From NCBI GenBank assembly GCA_963779415.1, contig CAVZYA010000002.1, forward strand, positions 1,408,001-1,472,000: 64,000 nt of DNA, read 5' to 3'. The DNA comes from an uncultured Acidobacteriota bacterium. Lineage in GTDB: Bacteria; Acidobacteriota; Thermoanaerobaculia; UBA5066. Positions within the stretch are counted from its first letter, which is position 1, and the number at the start of each line of letters is the position of its first letter. Below, one piece after another: positions 20,913-33,377 of this stretch. The position numbers and the translations under genes were made by a program. The notes beneath the pieces are model-generated. The model was not told the DNA's origin and did not search any database. It saw nothing but the letters and a program-made list of their open reading frames with translations.

Positions 20913-21428
20913 TCACTTCACCCGGGTGACGGTCACCTCGACCTGCGTCCGTTTCTTCGAGCCGACGTCGTCGACGCTGGCGAGGAGGACCGGCTTGCCG
21001 AGGGCCGGCCGCGTGGAGACGGCCTCGCTCAGCGTCCGGAGGATGGGAGTTCCCTTGGTCTCGGCCTGTTCCGGGATCGCGAAGCTGGAGACGTCGACGT
21101 CGGCCTCGAGGACCACGTCGCCCGGCTCCCGCTCGAAGACTCTCGAGCCGATCCGGAGACCGACGTCCTGGTACTGGACCCCCTTCTCGGCCGAGAGGAC
21201 GATCGGGACCCGGCTCCCGACGCGGAGATTGCCCGATCCCCCTTCGTTCACGACGAGCGTGTAGGAGCGCTCGTTCACGCGCTTTCCCCCCTCCAGTTCG
21301 TAGATCTGGAAGTCGAGCCGGAAGGCGGAGTGGGGGCGTTCTGCCCGGGCCGGAGCTTCCTGCGAGGCGGCGGGGAGGGCGAGGGCGAGAGAGGCGGCGA
21401 TCGCGGCGAGAAGTCTCTTGGTGTTCAT
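20913..21428 (-). CDS. Secreted protein with secretin-core-like motifs
   Basis: Signal peptide MNTKRLLAAIAASLALALPA, motif VGSRVPI...VQYQDVG. ATG overlaps the upstream stop. Confidence 0.7.
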   Translation of the reverse strand: MNTKRLLAAIAASLALALPAASQEAPARAERPHSAFRLDFQIYELEGGKRVNERSYTLVVNEGGSGNLRVGSRVPIVLSAEKGVQYQDVGLRIGSRVFEREPGDVVLEADVDVSSFAIPEQAETKGTPILRTLSEAVSTRPALGKPVLLASVDDVGSKKRTQVEVTVTRVK

Positions 21429-21979
21429 CGGTTCTCCTTTGTTCCTTCTGTCTCTTCGGCGGGGGGATCGAGAAGGCCGAAGTGGTTCTGCATTTCGTCG
21501 AGCGGGGTCGAGGCGACGTAAGCGAGGAGGAGGCGGTCCTCTGCGCCGAGCGGCGAGGGGGTGGGAAAGACCTCCCGGACGGAAGGGGGGGAAGGCGGAC
21601 GCTTCCGCCGCGGCGTCTTCACCGCCGGGACGGCCGATTCGATGATTCGGGCCGGCCGTTCGGCTTCGGGTGCCGTCAGGCGCGTCACGACTCTTTCCGC
21701 GGCCGGGGCCGGGCGGGTCGTGGTGACACTCTCCGTCGCGGCGCGGGGGGGCTCGCTGCGAAAGAGGACGGAGCCTCCAACCGCGGTCAGAAGTGCGGCC
21801 GCCGCGAGAAGGATCCACGGCCAGCGCCGGACTTTCTCCTCGGGCAGGGGAGTCGTCTCCGGCTCTCTCCGCAGCCTTTCGAGAACGCGCTCTTCCAGCC
21901 CGGGCGCGGGCTCGCTCTCTGCCCACGCCTCGAGCCCTCTGTCGAGGAGATGGTCGAGGTCCGGACGTTTCTCAGACAC
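21425..21979 (-). CDS. Putative anti-sigma factor (single TM)
   Basis: Directly follows the ECF sigma gene. LD.LLD..L...EP.PGLEERVL cytoplasmic domain, one TM helix, Pro-rich C-terminal part. Confidence 0.65.
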   Translation of the reverse strand: MSEKRPDLDHLLDRGLEAWAESEPAPGLEERVLERLRREPETTPLPEEKVRRWPWILLAAAALLTAVGGSVLFRSEPPRAATESVTTTRPAPAAERVVTRLTAPEAERPARIIESAVPAVKTPRRKRPPSPPSVREVFPTPSPLGAEDRLLLAYVASTPLDEMQNHFGLLDPPAEETEGTKENR

Positions 21980-21980
21980 G

Positions 21981-22561
21981 TTATCTTCCTCCCGCCTCGC
22001 GTTCGAGAGCTTCCCTGAGGAGCCCCCGGGCGCGACGGAGCCGCGTCCTGACGGTCCCCTCGGGGATGCCGAGGATCTCGCCGACCTCGAAGGAGGTGAG
22101 ATCCCCCGTCATCGAGAGCCGGAGAGTTGCGGCGAGGGCTTGAGGCAGGCTCGCGACGAGACGTTCCATCAGACGCCTCAATTCGGCTCTCTCGGCGAGT
22201 TCGTCCGCGCCCGCACCGGAGCTTCCGAAGCTCTCGCGCGACCGCCGCGTCGGGATCGTCCAGCGAGACCGGGACGAGGCGGGGACGCCGGTCGAGGGCG
22301 ACGCGCCAGGCGATTCGCGCGAGATACGTCTTCATGTCGCGTACGTCGGGGAGCCTTTCCCGAAACCGGAGGAGACGGAGGAAGACCTCCTGCGTGGCGT
22401 CCTCGGCGTCGCTCCGGTTCCGGAGGACCGAGAAAGGTGATCCGATAGACGAGCCGGGAGTGGAGCCGGACGGCTCTCTCGACATCGGCGTCGACTCCGT
22501 CGGGAACGGCTGCCATCTCCGCGGGTTCGATCTCGCGCGTCAAGACGGCCTGCCGAACCAT
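21981..22561 (-). CDS. ECF RNA polymerase sigma factor (frameshifted)
   Basis: Region 2 LVYRI..SVLRNRSDAEDATQEVFLRL...YLARIAWRVALD and region 4 EVGEILGIPEGTVRTRLRRAR are split over three frames. GGGGAG SD before ATG 22561. Confidence 0.88.
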
Positions 22562-22755
22562 CCCGGTCTCCCCGTCATGGGAGTGAAGACCGGTCTTGCC
22601 GTCCCAGCGTTCGCGCTCACTCGAAATGGCCATCATTCCTGGACTGGAGACTTATACGGATGTGAGCGGCCCGGCAGCGATACGGCCTTGAGGGAGCTTT
22701 TCAGATTCTATAACTAATGCAATTCCAATACTTTCCGCGTAATCTTCGTGGAGTC

Positions 22756-22784
22756 TTGACAGATTTCGAGAAGGGGACTAATTT
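22756..22784 (+). promoter_or_regulatory. Sigma70-type promoter of groES-groEL
   Basis: TTGACA (22756-22761), 17-nt spacer, TAATTT (22779-22784). Confidence 0.8.
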
Positions 22785-22786
22785 GG

Positions 22787-22813
22787 CTGGCACTCACCGC
22801 GAGCGACTGCTAA
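22787..22813 (+). promoter_or_regulatory. CIRCE element (HrcA operator)
   Basis: CTGGCACTC-N9-GACTGCTAA versus consensus TTAGCACTC-N9-GAGTGCTAA, at the predicted transcription start. Confidence 0.88.
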
Positions 22814-22899
22814 CAGCAGGGAGCGCGCGGGGAAGACAACCGTATCAGAGCCCGCTGGCCGGCAAGGCCGGATCGATCAAACCCACGAAGGAGTCCGAA

Positions 22900-24846
<1,947 letters not shown>

Positions 24847-24878
24847 GTCGACGGACCCGAAACGATAAGGGTGTTCCC

Positions 24879-24912
24879 TCGGCCCGGCGGAGACGCCGGG
24901 CCGATTTCATTT
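24879..24912 (+). terminator. groEL terminator
   Basis: TCGGCCCGGCG-gaga-CGCCGGGCCGA followed by TTTCATTT. Confidence 0.75.
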
Positions 24913-24968
24913 CGGGTTCCAGATACGGTCCAGCACATACAGATACCCATAGGTGTAATATCTGGTGT

Positions 24969-25208
24969 ATGCGGACCAACATCGTTCTGAACGACGAGCT
25001 CGTTCGCGAGGCCATGAAAGTCTCGCGTGCGCGATCGAAGCGGGCCCTGGTCGAGGAGGCCCTGCGCACCTTCGTCGAGGTCCGGGCGGCCGAGGAGCGC
25101 TCCGCGACGTACCGGGAGAAGCTCCGGCGTCTCGGTCCCGCGCTGCGCGCGCTGAAGCTTCGCCAGCCTCCCCGGGAACTTCTGCGAGCCGACCGGGATC
25201 GGGCGTGA
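24969..25208 (+). CDS. vapB: VapB-family antitoxin
   Basis: MRTNIVLNDELVREAM...SKRALVEEALR ribbon-helix-helix-like N-terminus. Stop overlaps the toxin start. Confidence 0.88.
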   Translation: MRTNIVLNDELVREAMKVSRARSKRALVEEALRTFVEVRAAEERSATYREKLRRLGPALRALKLRQPPRELLRADRDRA

Positions 25209-25621
25209 GAACCTTCGTCCTCGACACGAGCGTTGCCGTAGCCTGGTACCTGCCCGAGAGCTTTTCCGCCGGCGCCCGGTGCTTCCAGACGCACCTTCTC
25301 GAAGGGCGGATCCGCTTCGTCGTCCCGTCGTTGCACTACTGGGAGATGGCGAACGTCCTCCGGACTTACGTGAAGCGCCACGAGATCGAGCCCACCCTCG
25401 CCCGCGACATCTACGCCCTCCACCTCGACGCTCCGATCGAGACGGATGAGCCCCCGCGAACCGACGTGCTGGCCGCAGCGCTCGAGTTCGACGCGACCGC
25501 CTACGACGCCGTCTTCATCGCACTGGCGCGAGCTCTCGACGTACCGCTCCTGACCGCGGAGCGGAGGACGACTCCGTGGGTCGTCCGGCTCGGAAAGCGA
25601 GTCGAGGTCGTCTCGGGCTGA
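25205..25621 (+). CDS. vapC: VapC PIN-domain toxin
   Basis: FVLDTSV, EMANVL, TAYDAVFIALA, PLLTAE. GTGA overlap with the antitoxin. Confidence 0.9.
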   Translation: MRTFVLDTSVAVAWYLPESFSAGARCFQTHLLEGRIRFVVPSLHYWEMANVLRTYVKRHEIEPTLARDIYALHLDAPIETDEPPRTDVLAAALEFDATAYDAVFIALARALDVPLLTAERRTTPWVVRLGKRVEVVSG

Positions 25622-25654
25622 CAGGTTCTTCGGACCGTCCCGGAGCTTCTTCTT

Positions 25655-26218
25655 TCAGGACGTCTCGCTCCGAAGAAGCTCTTCGATCTTCGCGGCGGCC
25701 TCCGCGAGGTCAGCGACGACGAAGTCGGGCCCAGCGCCTTCGGGAAAGGCCTGCTTTTCGCCGTAGCCGGTCCTCACGAGAAACGTCGTCGCCCCGACGT
25801 TCCTGCCCGCGTCGACGTCGTCCTTCTTGTCTCCGACGAAGAACGACCGCCAGAGATCGCCGCCGTGATCGGCGGCTGCGCGGTCGAGAAGGGTCCTCTG
25901 CGGTTTGCGGCAGGCGCAGCCGTCCTCCGGTGCGTGCGGGCAGTAGTAGAGCCCGTCGAGGGCGGCCCCCTCGGCAGCGAGAAGCTCGCCGAGCCGCGCA
26001 TTGACGCGCGCGACGTCCTCGTGCGTGAGATACCCGCGCCCGATCCCCGACTGGTTCGAGATGACCGCCACGCGAAGCCCAAGCGCCCGGAGCCGGTGGA
26101 TGGCGGCTGCCGCTCCGGGAATCAGCTCCACGTCGTCGGGATCCTTCGGGAACCCCTTCTCGACCATGATCGTCCCATCGCGGTCGAGAAGGAGGAGTCG
26201 ATGGTGGAGAGCGTGCAT
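25655..26218 (-). CDS. gmhB: D-glycero-manno-heptose 1,7-bisphosphate phosphatase (HAD)
   Basis: LDRDGT, SNQSGIGRG, CPH.PEDGCACRKP, VGDK..D. Confidence 0.9.
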   Translation of the reverse strand: MHALHHRLLLLDRDGTIMVEKGFPKDPDDVELIPGAAAAIHRLRALGLRVAVISNQSGIGRGYLTHEDVARVNARLGELLAAEGAALDGLYYCPHAPEDGCACRKPQRTLLDRAAADHGGDLWRSFFVGDKKDDVDAGRNVGATTFLVRTGYGEKQAFPEGAGPDFVVADLAEAAAKIEELLRSETS

Positions 26219-26291
26219 CGGAGGCTCGCGACATCTTAGCGGCCGTGTCCCGCCTGCGCCCGCGTGCCGCTCTCCCGTAGAATCGACTGGC

Positions 26292-27957
26292 TTGAGCGAG
26301 AGCGAAGTGCCCCGGTCCCGGCCGAATCCGATCGGGGTAGCGGGCGCTCTCGTCGCGGTGCTGGTGCCGCTCGTTCTCGTCGGGTACCTCGGGGCGGGCT
26401 CAGCTTCCCTATGGCTGGATGAGATCACGTACTACCGGCTTCAGGGCGATTTCGCTTTCCGCGCCGCCGAGATCGGCCGCTCGGGATCGGTGATCGCCCC
26501 GTTTTTCGCCAATTTCTTCTTCTGCGACCTCCAGAGGGCCTTTCAGGCTCCGATCGTCGCCCTCGGCCTGATCGATCCTCTGGAACACCCGGAGTGGCTC
26601 GTCCGCGCGCTCCCGATCGTGGCGTATGCGGCAACCTCGCTCCTGATCGTTCTCTGGCGGGTCCGGCGGGAAGGCGACACGGCGACCGCTCTGCTCGGCG
26701 GTCTTCTCTTCGCCGCAGCCCCGATCTGTCTCTTCTATGCGTTCGAGGGGCGCGTCTATGCGCTCGTCTCGCTACTGGCCGTCGCGCTTCTCATGCTTCT
26801 CGAGCGGGCCTCCCGGTCCGGGGGTGCCGGAAGCCTCCTGCTCGTCGCCGCGCTGAGCGTCTTCGTGGCTCGCCTCCACCTCTGGACGGTCTGCCTCTTC
26901 GCGTCTCTCCTCGTATGGGGAGTCGTCGAGGCCATTCGCCGCGCGCCGGGCCACATCGCCCGTCCGGGCCGTGCTCGCTTCGAGCCTCGCCGGCCTCGGC
27001 GCGGTCGGTCTCGAGTATCTCTACATGAGGGCGACGCAGCCGGCCGACCCGCTCTTCCGCCTCTTCGCGAGGCAGCCCCTCGGCTGGACGCTCGAGCAGA
27101 CGGTCCTCTCGATCTTCTCGGGGCCCGGGCAGGTGCAGCACGCCTTCGCGGGGATGCAGGCGCTCCTCTTCGTCCTCCTGTGCATCGTCCTCCTCGCCGT
27201 CCTCGTCGTGACGACCATCCGGGCCCCTAGGTCCGGGGAGACGTTCGGGGCGCCGGACGCCGCGGCCGTGGCTGCCGGAGCGCTCGCCCTTTCGGTGGCT
27301 CTCGCCGTCGGGTTCGGGTACTTCGTCCACGGGCGCTACCAGGTCCCCCTCGTCGCGACCCTCTTCTACGCGGTGGCGCGGGGTCTCACGACGCGGCGGG
27401 AACGGCTTCTCGCTCTCCTCCTCGTCACGGCGGAGATCGTCCTCCTGCCCCAGACGGCATCGGCTATCCGGGCCAAGTCGAACAACCGAGAGATCGCCGA
27501 CCTCGTCCTTTCGAAGAGCGACCGGTCGTCGACGGCCGTGATCGTGCAGAACGGCGTGATCTCGGGCTATCCCGCGCCCCACCATGTGATCGGGCTGGAC
27601 TTCTACCTGAACGACCTTCATCCGAAAGAGGCGCCGATCCCGATCTACGAGCTCCCGGACCTTCGGTCGACGAACGGGGAGCACGGGACGTACCGGTACT
27701 TCAACGGCGGGGAGGCCTTGCTCGCGCGGACTCTCGAGAGTCCCGTTGCGCGGTATCGCACCTGGGCGGTCGGCGAGGATCGGCCCGACGTCTGGGTCGT
27801 CCATCCCCTCTGGCCCGTCATCCCGTCCGAGCAGCAGATCGCGGACCTGCTCGGCATCCTGACGCGGGAGTCGGGCTTTCGGATCGCCGGACGCTTCATG
27901 GCTCCCGGCTATCCGCGATCCGAAGTCGTGCATCTCGTCCGCACCTCGGGCCGCTAA
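26292..27957 (+). CDS. Polytopic membrane protein, GT-C/PMT-like glycosyltransferase (frameshift ~26945)
   Basis: SLWLDE acidic loop after TM1, YAFEGRVYA, multiple TMs, soluble C-terminal domain. TAGAAT lies 8 nt upstream of TTG. Confidence 0.7.
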
Positions 27958-27973
27958 GATCGGGTCGTACGGG

Positions 27974-29633
27974 ATGCCCGGAATCCGCTCTATTCGCCTT
28001 CGCGCGGTGGCGCTGGAGTTCCTTACCGTCGCCGCGCTCCTTGCGCCTCTTGTCGTCTGTTTCTGGAGCGGCCTTTCCCGCGCCTCTCTCTGGCTCGACG
28101 AGATCACCTATTACTACGGCGAGGGCGACGTGGCGCTCAGGGCCGCCGAGCTGGGGCGCCCCGGTTCGATCATCGCGCCCCACCTCAGCACGTTCTCTTA
28201 CTGTGACGTCCAGGAGTTGCTGCACTGGGCCTTCGGACTCATGGGATGGACCGTCTACCGGGAGCCGGAGCTCTACCTCCGGATCTTCTCGATCGTTTCG
28301 TACGCGGTGGCCGTGGTCGTCCTGTACGTGTTCTTAAGGCGGCGCCTGTCACACCGTGGCGACGCGATTCTCGGCGCCGCCGCTTTCGCCACGACTCCCA
28401 TCTTTCTTCACTACGCTTTCGAGGCGCGGGTCTACGCGATGGCGACGATGCTGGTCGTCCTCACCGTGGTCGCCGTCGACCGGGCGGCCGAGAGGCCATC
28501 CCGCCCCAGGCTTGCGCTCGCGGCGCTCCTGGGCCTCGTCACCGTCCACGCGCACATCTGGACGGTCTGCCTTTTCGGCGCGCTTGCTGCTGGTTGCGGC
28601 GTACCGGCTCTGGAGGACGCGCCGGCTCACGCCCTGGGCCGCATCGGCCCTGGCGGCTGCGATCCCGGCTCTCGTCCTCGCCGGCGCCCAGGTCCTGTAC
28701 TTTCGCCTGACGGATCCGGGCGCGCCGCTCTTCCCCCCTTTCCAGCGCCAGGAGCCCGTGAACACGCTCGTTCAGCTCGTCCTGTCGAATTTCCTGGGAG
28801 TCATGCAGACGCAGTACCTCGTCCGCGGGACCGGGAGCGGGTACCTGCTCGCCTGCGTCGGAGGCGCGGCGCTTCTCGCCGTGGCGTGGCTTTCGGCCCG
28901 CGAGCTCGCGAGGAGACGGGGGACGGGAAGGAAGGAGGCCGACTGGACGAACGTCGCCGTCGGCGCGCTTTTCTTCTGCTGGCTTCTCGCTGTCGGATAC
29001 GGCTATTACACCCAGGCCCGCTATCACGTCCCTCTGATGGGCGCTTTCTTCCTCGCGGTGACGCGCTTCCCGTCGAAGGTCAAGAGGCTACTACTCTCCC
29101 TCATGCTGGTCTGCAACGTGGGCCTCTTCCCGGCGACCGTCGATGTGATCGGCTACAAAGGGAACGGACGCCAGATGGCCGACTTCATACTGAAGGAGGG
29201 GAGCCGGGATGTTTCCGTCGTCTGCCAGCACATTCTCAGCGGGGTCTACCCGCTGCCCGTGGAGTCGGTCAGCCTCGACTTCTACCTGAATTTTCTCCAT
29301 CCCGGCGAGAAGCCGATTCTCCTTTATCAGATGCCCGATCTGACCGTCGTCAACGGCCGCCGAGGTGTCTACGATCTGTTCACGGGAGGCCTGCCCTTAC
29401 TGCGGCAGTACGCCAGGTCGATGCCGGAACTCTGGCGGAAGGAGCGGGCCCGGCTGGGGGACCATGTCTTCGTCGTCCAGGAGCTGTGGAACATAGAGGA
29501 GGGAAATCGGCAGAGCCAGGATTTCGCCCGCGTGATGCTGGAGCGGGCGGACTGGGAGGTGGCCGGGAAATGCTACTTTCCGGGCTTCACCCGGGCGCTT
29601 ATCGTTGAGCTCCGGAAGAAGGCGGGTACCTGA
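27974..29633 (+). CDS. Paralogous GT-C/PMT-like membrane protein (frameshift ~28582)
   Basis: SLWLDEITYY, YAFEARVYA, HIWTVCLF and LDFYLN.LHP.E.PI are shared with the upstream gene. Confidence 0.7.
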
Positions 29634-29643
29634 CGGCGGGCGA

Positions 29644-30531
29644 TCAGCGGATCCGGATTGCGTGGATACGGTGATGCGCGAGAAGGGACGCGACGGCGCG
29701 AAACCGGCTCCCTTCGAGGTTTGGGTGTCGCTGGAGGGCCGGCTCCAGCTCCGAGGCCCATCCGTCGCCGCCGAAGAAGGGGAAGCGGCCCGGTCCGTAG
29801 AGGAATGGCTCGACCGCGCCGGTGATGGGTGGCGCCGCCGGTCCGCGTCGGAAGCGCCGGCCGAAGGGGAGACGGCTGAGCGTTCCCGTCAGGAGGGTCT
29901 CGCCCGTCTCGACGAAGAGGTCGGGCCACCACGGGCAGTCGACATACGCGTCGGTCACGATCGATCCGTAGCGCCGGAGCTCCGGCTCGAGGAGTCTGGG
30001 CCTCGTCGCAGGGTGGTCGAAGAGTTCCATCGGGCGCGGGCCGGGCTGGACGAGCCGTAGTGTCTTCCGAACGAAGACGCCGTACGACGCCGGGTGCGTC
30101 ACCGACACCCAGAGCTGCTTGCTCGCGCGCCGGACTGCCTCGGCGAGGTAGGCCTTCCAGTCACGGACCGACGGGAGGGCGTTGTACGTGAGGACCACGT
30201 CGAACGTCTGGTCCGGCCAGCCCGCCGAGACTCGGGCGTCGAGCCGGTCTTCCACGCCCACCGTCCGGTAGACGCCGCGGACGACCTCGGCGGCCTCCGC
30301 GTCGGGAACAACGACGGTGACGCGGGCGCCCCTCATGGCGGCCGGCAGGAGGTGGAGGCCCGGGATTCCGGCCATCCCGTCAACCGGCCCTTCGAGTGCC
30401 GTCGCGACGTCGAGGGTCGCGAGCCACGCCTTCAGGAGCTCATAGACGGCCCACCGCTCATACGCCGTGCCGAGGCCGACGTCGCGGCGGGCTGGCGGCG
30501 GGAGCGGGACGACGCCGTCGCTTCGGGTCAT
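29644..30531 (-). CDS. Hypothetical protein, possible SAM-methyltransferase-like fold
   Basis: ATG overlaps the upstream stop. FDVVLTYNAL motif-like segment, YVDCPWWPD. Canonical GxGxG is not clear. Confidence 0.55.
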   Translation of the reverse strand: MTRSDGVVPLPPPARRDVGLGTAYERWAVYELLKAWLATLDVATALEGPVDGMAGIPGLHLLPAAMRGARVTVVVPDAEAAEVVRGVYRTVGVEDRLDARVSAGWPDQTFDVVLTYNALPSVRDWKAYLAEAVRRASKQLWVSVTHPASYGVFVRKTLRLVQPGPRPMELFDHPATRPRLLEPELRRYGSIVTDAYVDCPWWPDLFVETGETLLTGTLSRLPFGRRFRRGPAAPPITGAVEPFLYGPGRFPFFGGDGWASELEPALQRHPNLEGSRFRAVASLLAHHRIHAIRIR

Positions 30532-31487
30532 CTGGCCGATTCCTCGAGAGCGGCCGCCGTCTTCCTGAGGCCCCCCTCGTATGAAGTTGGCGGCTCCCAT
30601 CCAAGAAGGGCGCGCATCCGGTCGATCCGGTAAGCACGGTCCACGGTGACAGTCTGCAGCTTCTCGCGCGTGACGGGAGGCTCGCCCGATCGAAACCGGA
30701 AGCCAAACGCCCCGATCGTCTCGAAGACCAGTCCGGCGGTCAGAGCAACAGGGACTGGAACGCGGAGGGGCGGGACAGGCCGGTCGGCAATGTCGCCGAC
30801 GAGCGTCGAGAGCCGGCGGATCGTGATCGGATCGCGGTACGTGCAGATGAACTCCGCCCCTTCGAGATCCGGGCGGAGTGCCGCTTCGGCGATCGCGAAG
30901 GCGAGATCCTCCACGTAGACGAGCTGGACGCGGCTCGCGCCGCTGCCCGACGACGGGTATTTCCCCGCCTTCACGAGACGGAAGAGCTTGTCGATCATTC
31001 CGTTCGTGTCCCCCGGTCCGTACGTGATCGACGGGCGGACGATGGCGTACGGCAGTCCGGACGTCCGGACCATCTGCTCCGTCGCGACCTTGCTCCACCC
31101 GTACGGGCCCACGGGCGCAAAGGGGCAGGTCTCGTCGATCGGCAGCCCCTTCGGCCAGCCGAAGACGGCGATGGAAGAGACGTCCACGAAACGTCCGGTC
31201 CGGCCTCGCGCTCCCGCGAGCAGACGCTCCGTCAGCGCAATGTTCTGTCGCCCGTACTCTTCAGGCGGAACTCCGTGTCTGTGACGGACGGCCGCCGCAT
31301 GAACGAGTGCGGCAGACGGTTCACCTCGCCGCTCCCACTCGTCGAAGGTCCGCCACATGACACCGGGTATCTGCGCCGGAGCGGAGGGCCGGCGGTGGAG
31401 TGCCACCACCGGGACGCCCCGCCGCGCCAGCTCGCGCGCCACGTGCTCCCCGATGAATCCGGTTGCCCCGGTGACGACGACGGTCAT
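30528..31487 (-). CDS. NAD-dependent epimerase/dehydratase
   Basis: VVVTGATGFIG, VSSIAVFG, YGWSK (YxxxK), RPSITYGP. Confidence 0.92.
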   Translation of the reverse strand: MTVVVTGATGFIGEHVARELARRGVPVVALHRRPSAPAQIPGVMWRTFDEWERRGEPSAALVHAAAVRHRHGVPPEEYGRQNIALTERLLAGARGRTGRFVDVSSIAVFGWPKGLPIDETCPFAPVGPYGWSKVATEQMVRTSGLPYAIVRPSITYGPGDTNGMIDKLFRLVKAGKYPSSGSGASRVQLVYVEDLAFAIAEAALRPDLEGAEFICTYRDPITIRRLSTLVGDIADRPVPPLRVPVPVALTAGLVFETIGAFGFRFRSGEPPVTREKLQTVTVDRAYRIDRMRALLGWEPPTSYEGGLRKTAAALEESAR

Positions 31488-32479
31488 GCCCGAGCCTCGT
31501 TCGTCTTCCTCGGCCACATCTCGCCGACTGCCGTGATCGAGAGGCCGCCCGCGACGAAGACGATCAGAAGCCAGGCGGCGTGGTAGAGGAGGGCTGCGGC
31601 CGCGGTCGGGCCTGCCGGCTGGCCGAGAGCGGTCGCGAAGACGAGGGTGCCGTACCACTCGGCGGACCCGACGCCGGCCGGCGGCGCCGGGACGACGGCA
31701 AGCAGGTCGAGGAGAGCCGTCCCGACGATCGCGACGACAAAGGGCAGGCGATGACCGGCCGCGTGAAAGAGGGCGGAGAGCCCGGCCGCCTGCGCCAAGA
31801 GGGAGCCGAGCGAGAGGGCGAGGAGCTTCGCGGCGAGGGCCGGTCGGATCCCGAGGGTCACGGTGGCGTCCGCGAAGGAGCGAAGCGTCCGGGCCACCGG
31901 CTCCTGCGCGCGGAGCGGCACGACGCGGAGCAGCGGCGACAGAAGCTTCGCGAGGTGGTCGCCGTGGCGACTCCATGCGAGGAGCAGGGCCGCGGCCGCA
32001 ACGAGAATTCCCGTGAAGAGGACGACGGAAAGCCGGAGGCTGGCTGGCAGTTGCGACGGGACGAGGGGAAGGAGGGCAAGCATCAGGATCCGGGCCAGGA
32101 TTCCGTAAAGCCGGTCCACGACCATCGAGGCGGTTGCGGAGCCGATGGTGAAGTTCGCGCTCCCGTTTGCCAGCGCCACGGCCCGCCCGACGTCGCCAAC
32201 CTTGACGGGGAGGAGGTTGTTGAGGAGCTCGCTGGCATAGAGCAGGCGGAACGTCCGCTCGAGAGGGATCGTACCAACGCGCCGAAGCAGGACGTGCCAT
32301 CGGACGAGCCGCAGGAACTGCGCCGCCGCCATGAGAGCCACGCCCGAGAGAATGACGAGAACGTCCGCACGAAGCACTCGTGCGGCGACCTCGGGGCCGT
32401 CGAACGTCCGCCACCAGAGCCAGAACGCCAAGGCGCCCGCGAGAAGGGCCAGGCCCCCCTTGATCGCGCGGGACGTCAC
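31484..32479 (-). CDS. Lysylphosphatidylglycerol-synthase-TM family (flippase-like) protein
   Basis: LRLVRWHVLL, NNLLPVKVGDVGR, VVDR, P.PAGVG..E. Multiple TMs. Confidence 0.85.
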   Translation of the reverse strand: MTSRAIKGGLALLAGALAFWLWWRTFDGPEVAARVLRADVLVILSGVALMAAAQFLRLVRWHVLLRRVGTIPLERTFRLLYASELLNNLLPVKVGDVGRAVALANGSANFTIGSATASMVVDRLYGILARILMLALLPLVPSQLPASLRLSVVLFTGILVAAAALLLAWSRHGDHLAKLLSPLLRVVPLRAQEPVARTLRSFADATVTLGIRPALAAKLLALSLGSLLAQAAGLSALFHAAGHRLPFVVAIVGTALLDLLAVVPAPPAGVGSAEWYGTLVFATALGQPAGPTAAAALLYHAAWLLIVFVAGGLSITAVGEMWPRKTNEARA

Positions 32480-33377
32480 GGGTGCGGCGCGCCCGTGCCG
32501 GACTTCGTGCTCTCGGCGATCGTCCAGACGGCGTAGTTCTTCGATCCTCGCCTGAGATCGCGCAGGGCCTGGAGTCGCGCCACGACCTCCGTCACGACGA
32601 GGGCGATCCCGGGGATCCAACGGTCCGGCCTCGGCGCCACGGCGGAGAGCCATATCGGCAGGACGCGCGTGCCCGCGCCGGTCGAGACCGAGTAACCGGT
32701 CCGTCGCTTCAGCCAGAGGTGGCCGAAGGCGATCCGCCGGCGCTGGGACATCCACTCCCGAAGGGTCGAGGGGCCGCGGTTGGCGATCAGGGCCTCGGGG
32801 ATGTAGACGAGCTTTCCTCCCTGATGCCTGACGACGGCCTCGAGGGAACTCTCGTCCACGGGGCTCTCCTCGTCGATCGACGTGACGAGGGACGAGCGGA
32901 CGGCGACGAATTCGCCGAGCTTGGGGCTCCGGCGGGCCATCTGGTCATGGAGATGCCACATGAGTCGGGTCATCCGGTCGGTCAGGGAACGGCCCTCGTT
33001 CTGCGGAACCGGCTGCCCCCGGCCATCCCGACCGCCGGGTCGGCAAACGCCGCGACGATCGCCTCTGTCGCACCGGGGAAGGGGAGAATGTCGGCGCTCG
33101 CGATCAGGATCACGTCCGTGCCACGCGGGCGCGCGACGAGGAAGGTGTTGATGGCCGCCGCCTTTCCGCGCCGAACCGGCTCGGCGATCAGCGTCACTCG
33201 CGCGTCCCGGGCCGAGACCTCGCGGACGATCTCGTCGGTCCGGTCACGGCAGGCGCTGGAGACGACGACGATCCGCTCGATCGGCGCTCCGGCGGGGCGC
33301 GCGGCGAGAAGTACCTCGAGAAGCGGTCCGATCGTCCGCTCCTCGTTGAGCGCCGTGATGCCGGCGACCACGCGCAC
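32476..33377 (-). CDS. GT2 family glycosyltransferase (frameshift ~33000)
   Basis: GITALNEERTI, SSAC.DRT, RRGKAAAIN, SADI, QRRR motif. Confidence 0.82.

Noticed and set aside
22645-22690. Autoregulatory ECF promoter (GTATC...CGTAT on the minus strand)
   Set aside because: Plausible, but too short and degenerate to support without knowing the ECF group consensus.
26940-28590. Frameshifts at similar positions in both GT-C paralogues as phase variation
   Set aside because: The positions differ by about 15 codons relative to WTVCLF, and there is no long homopolymer or SSR tract.
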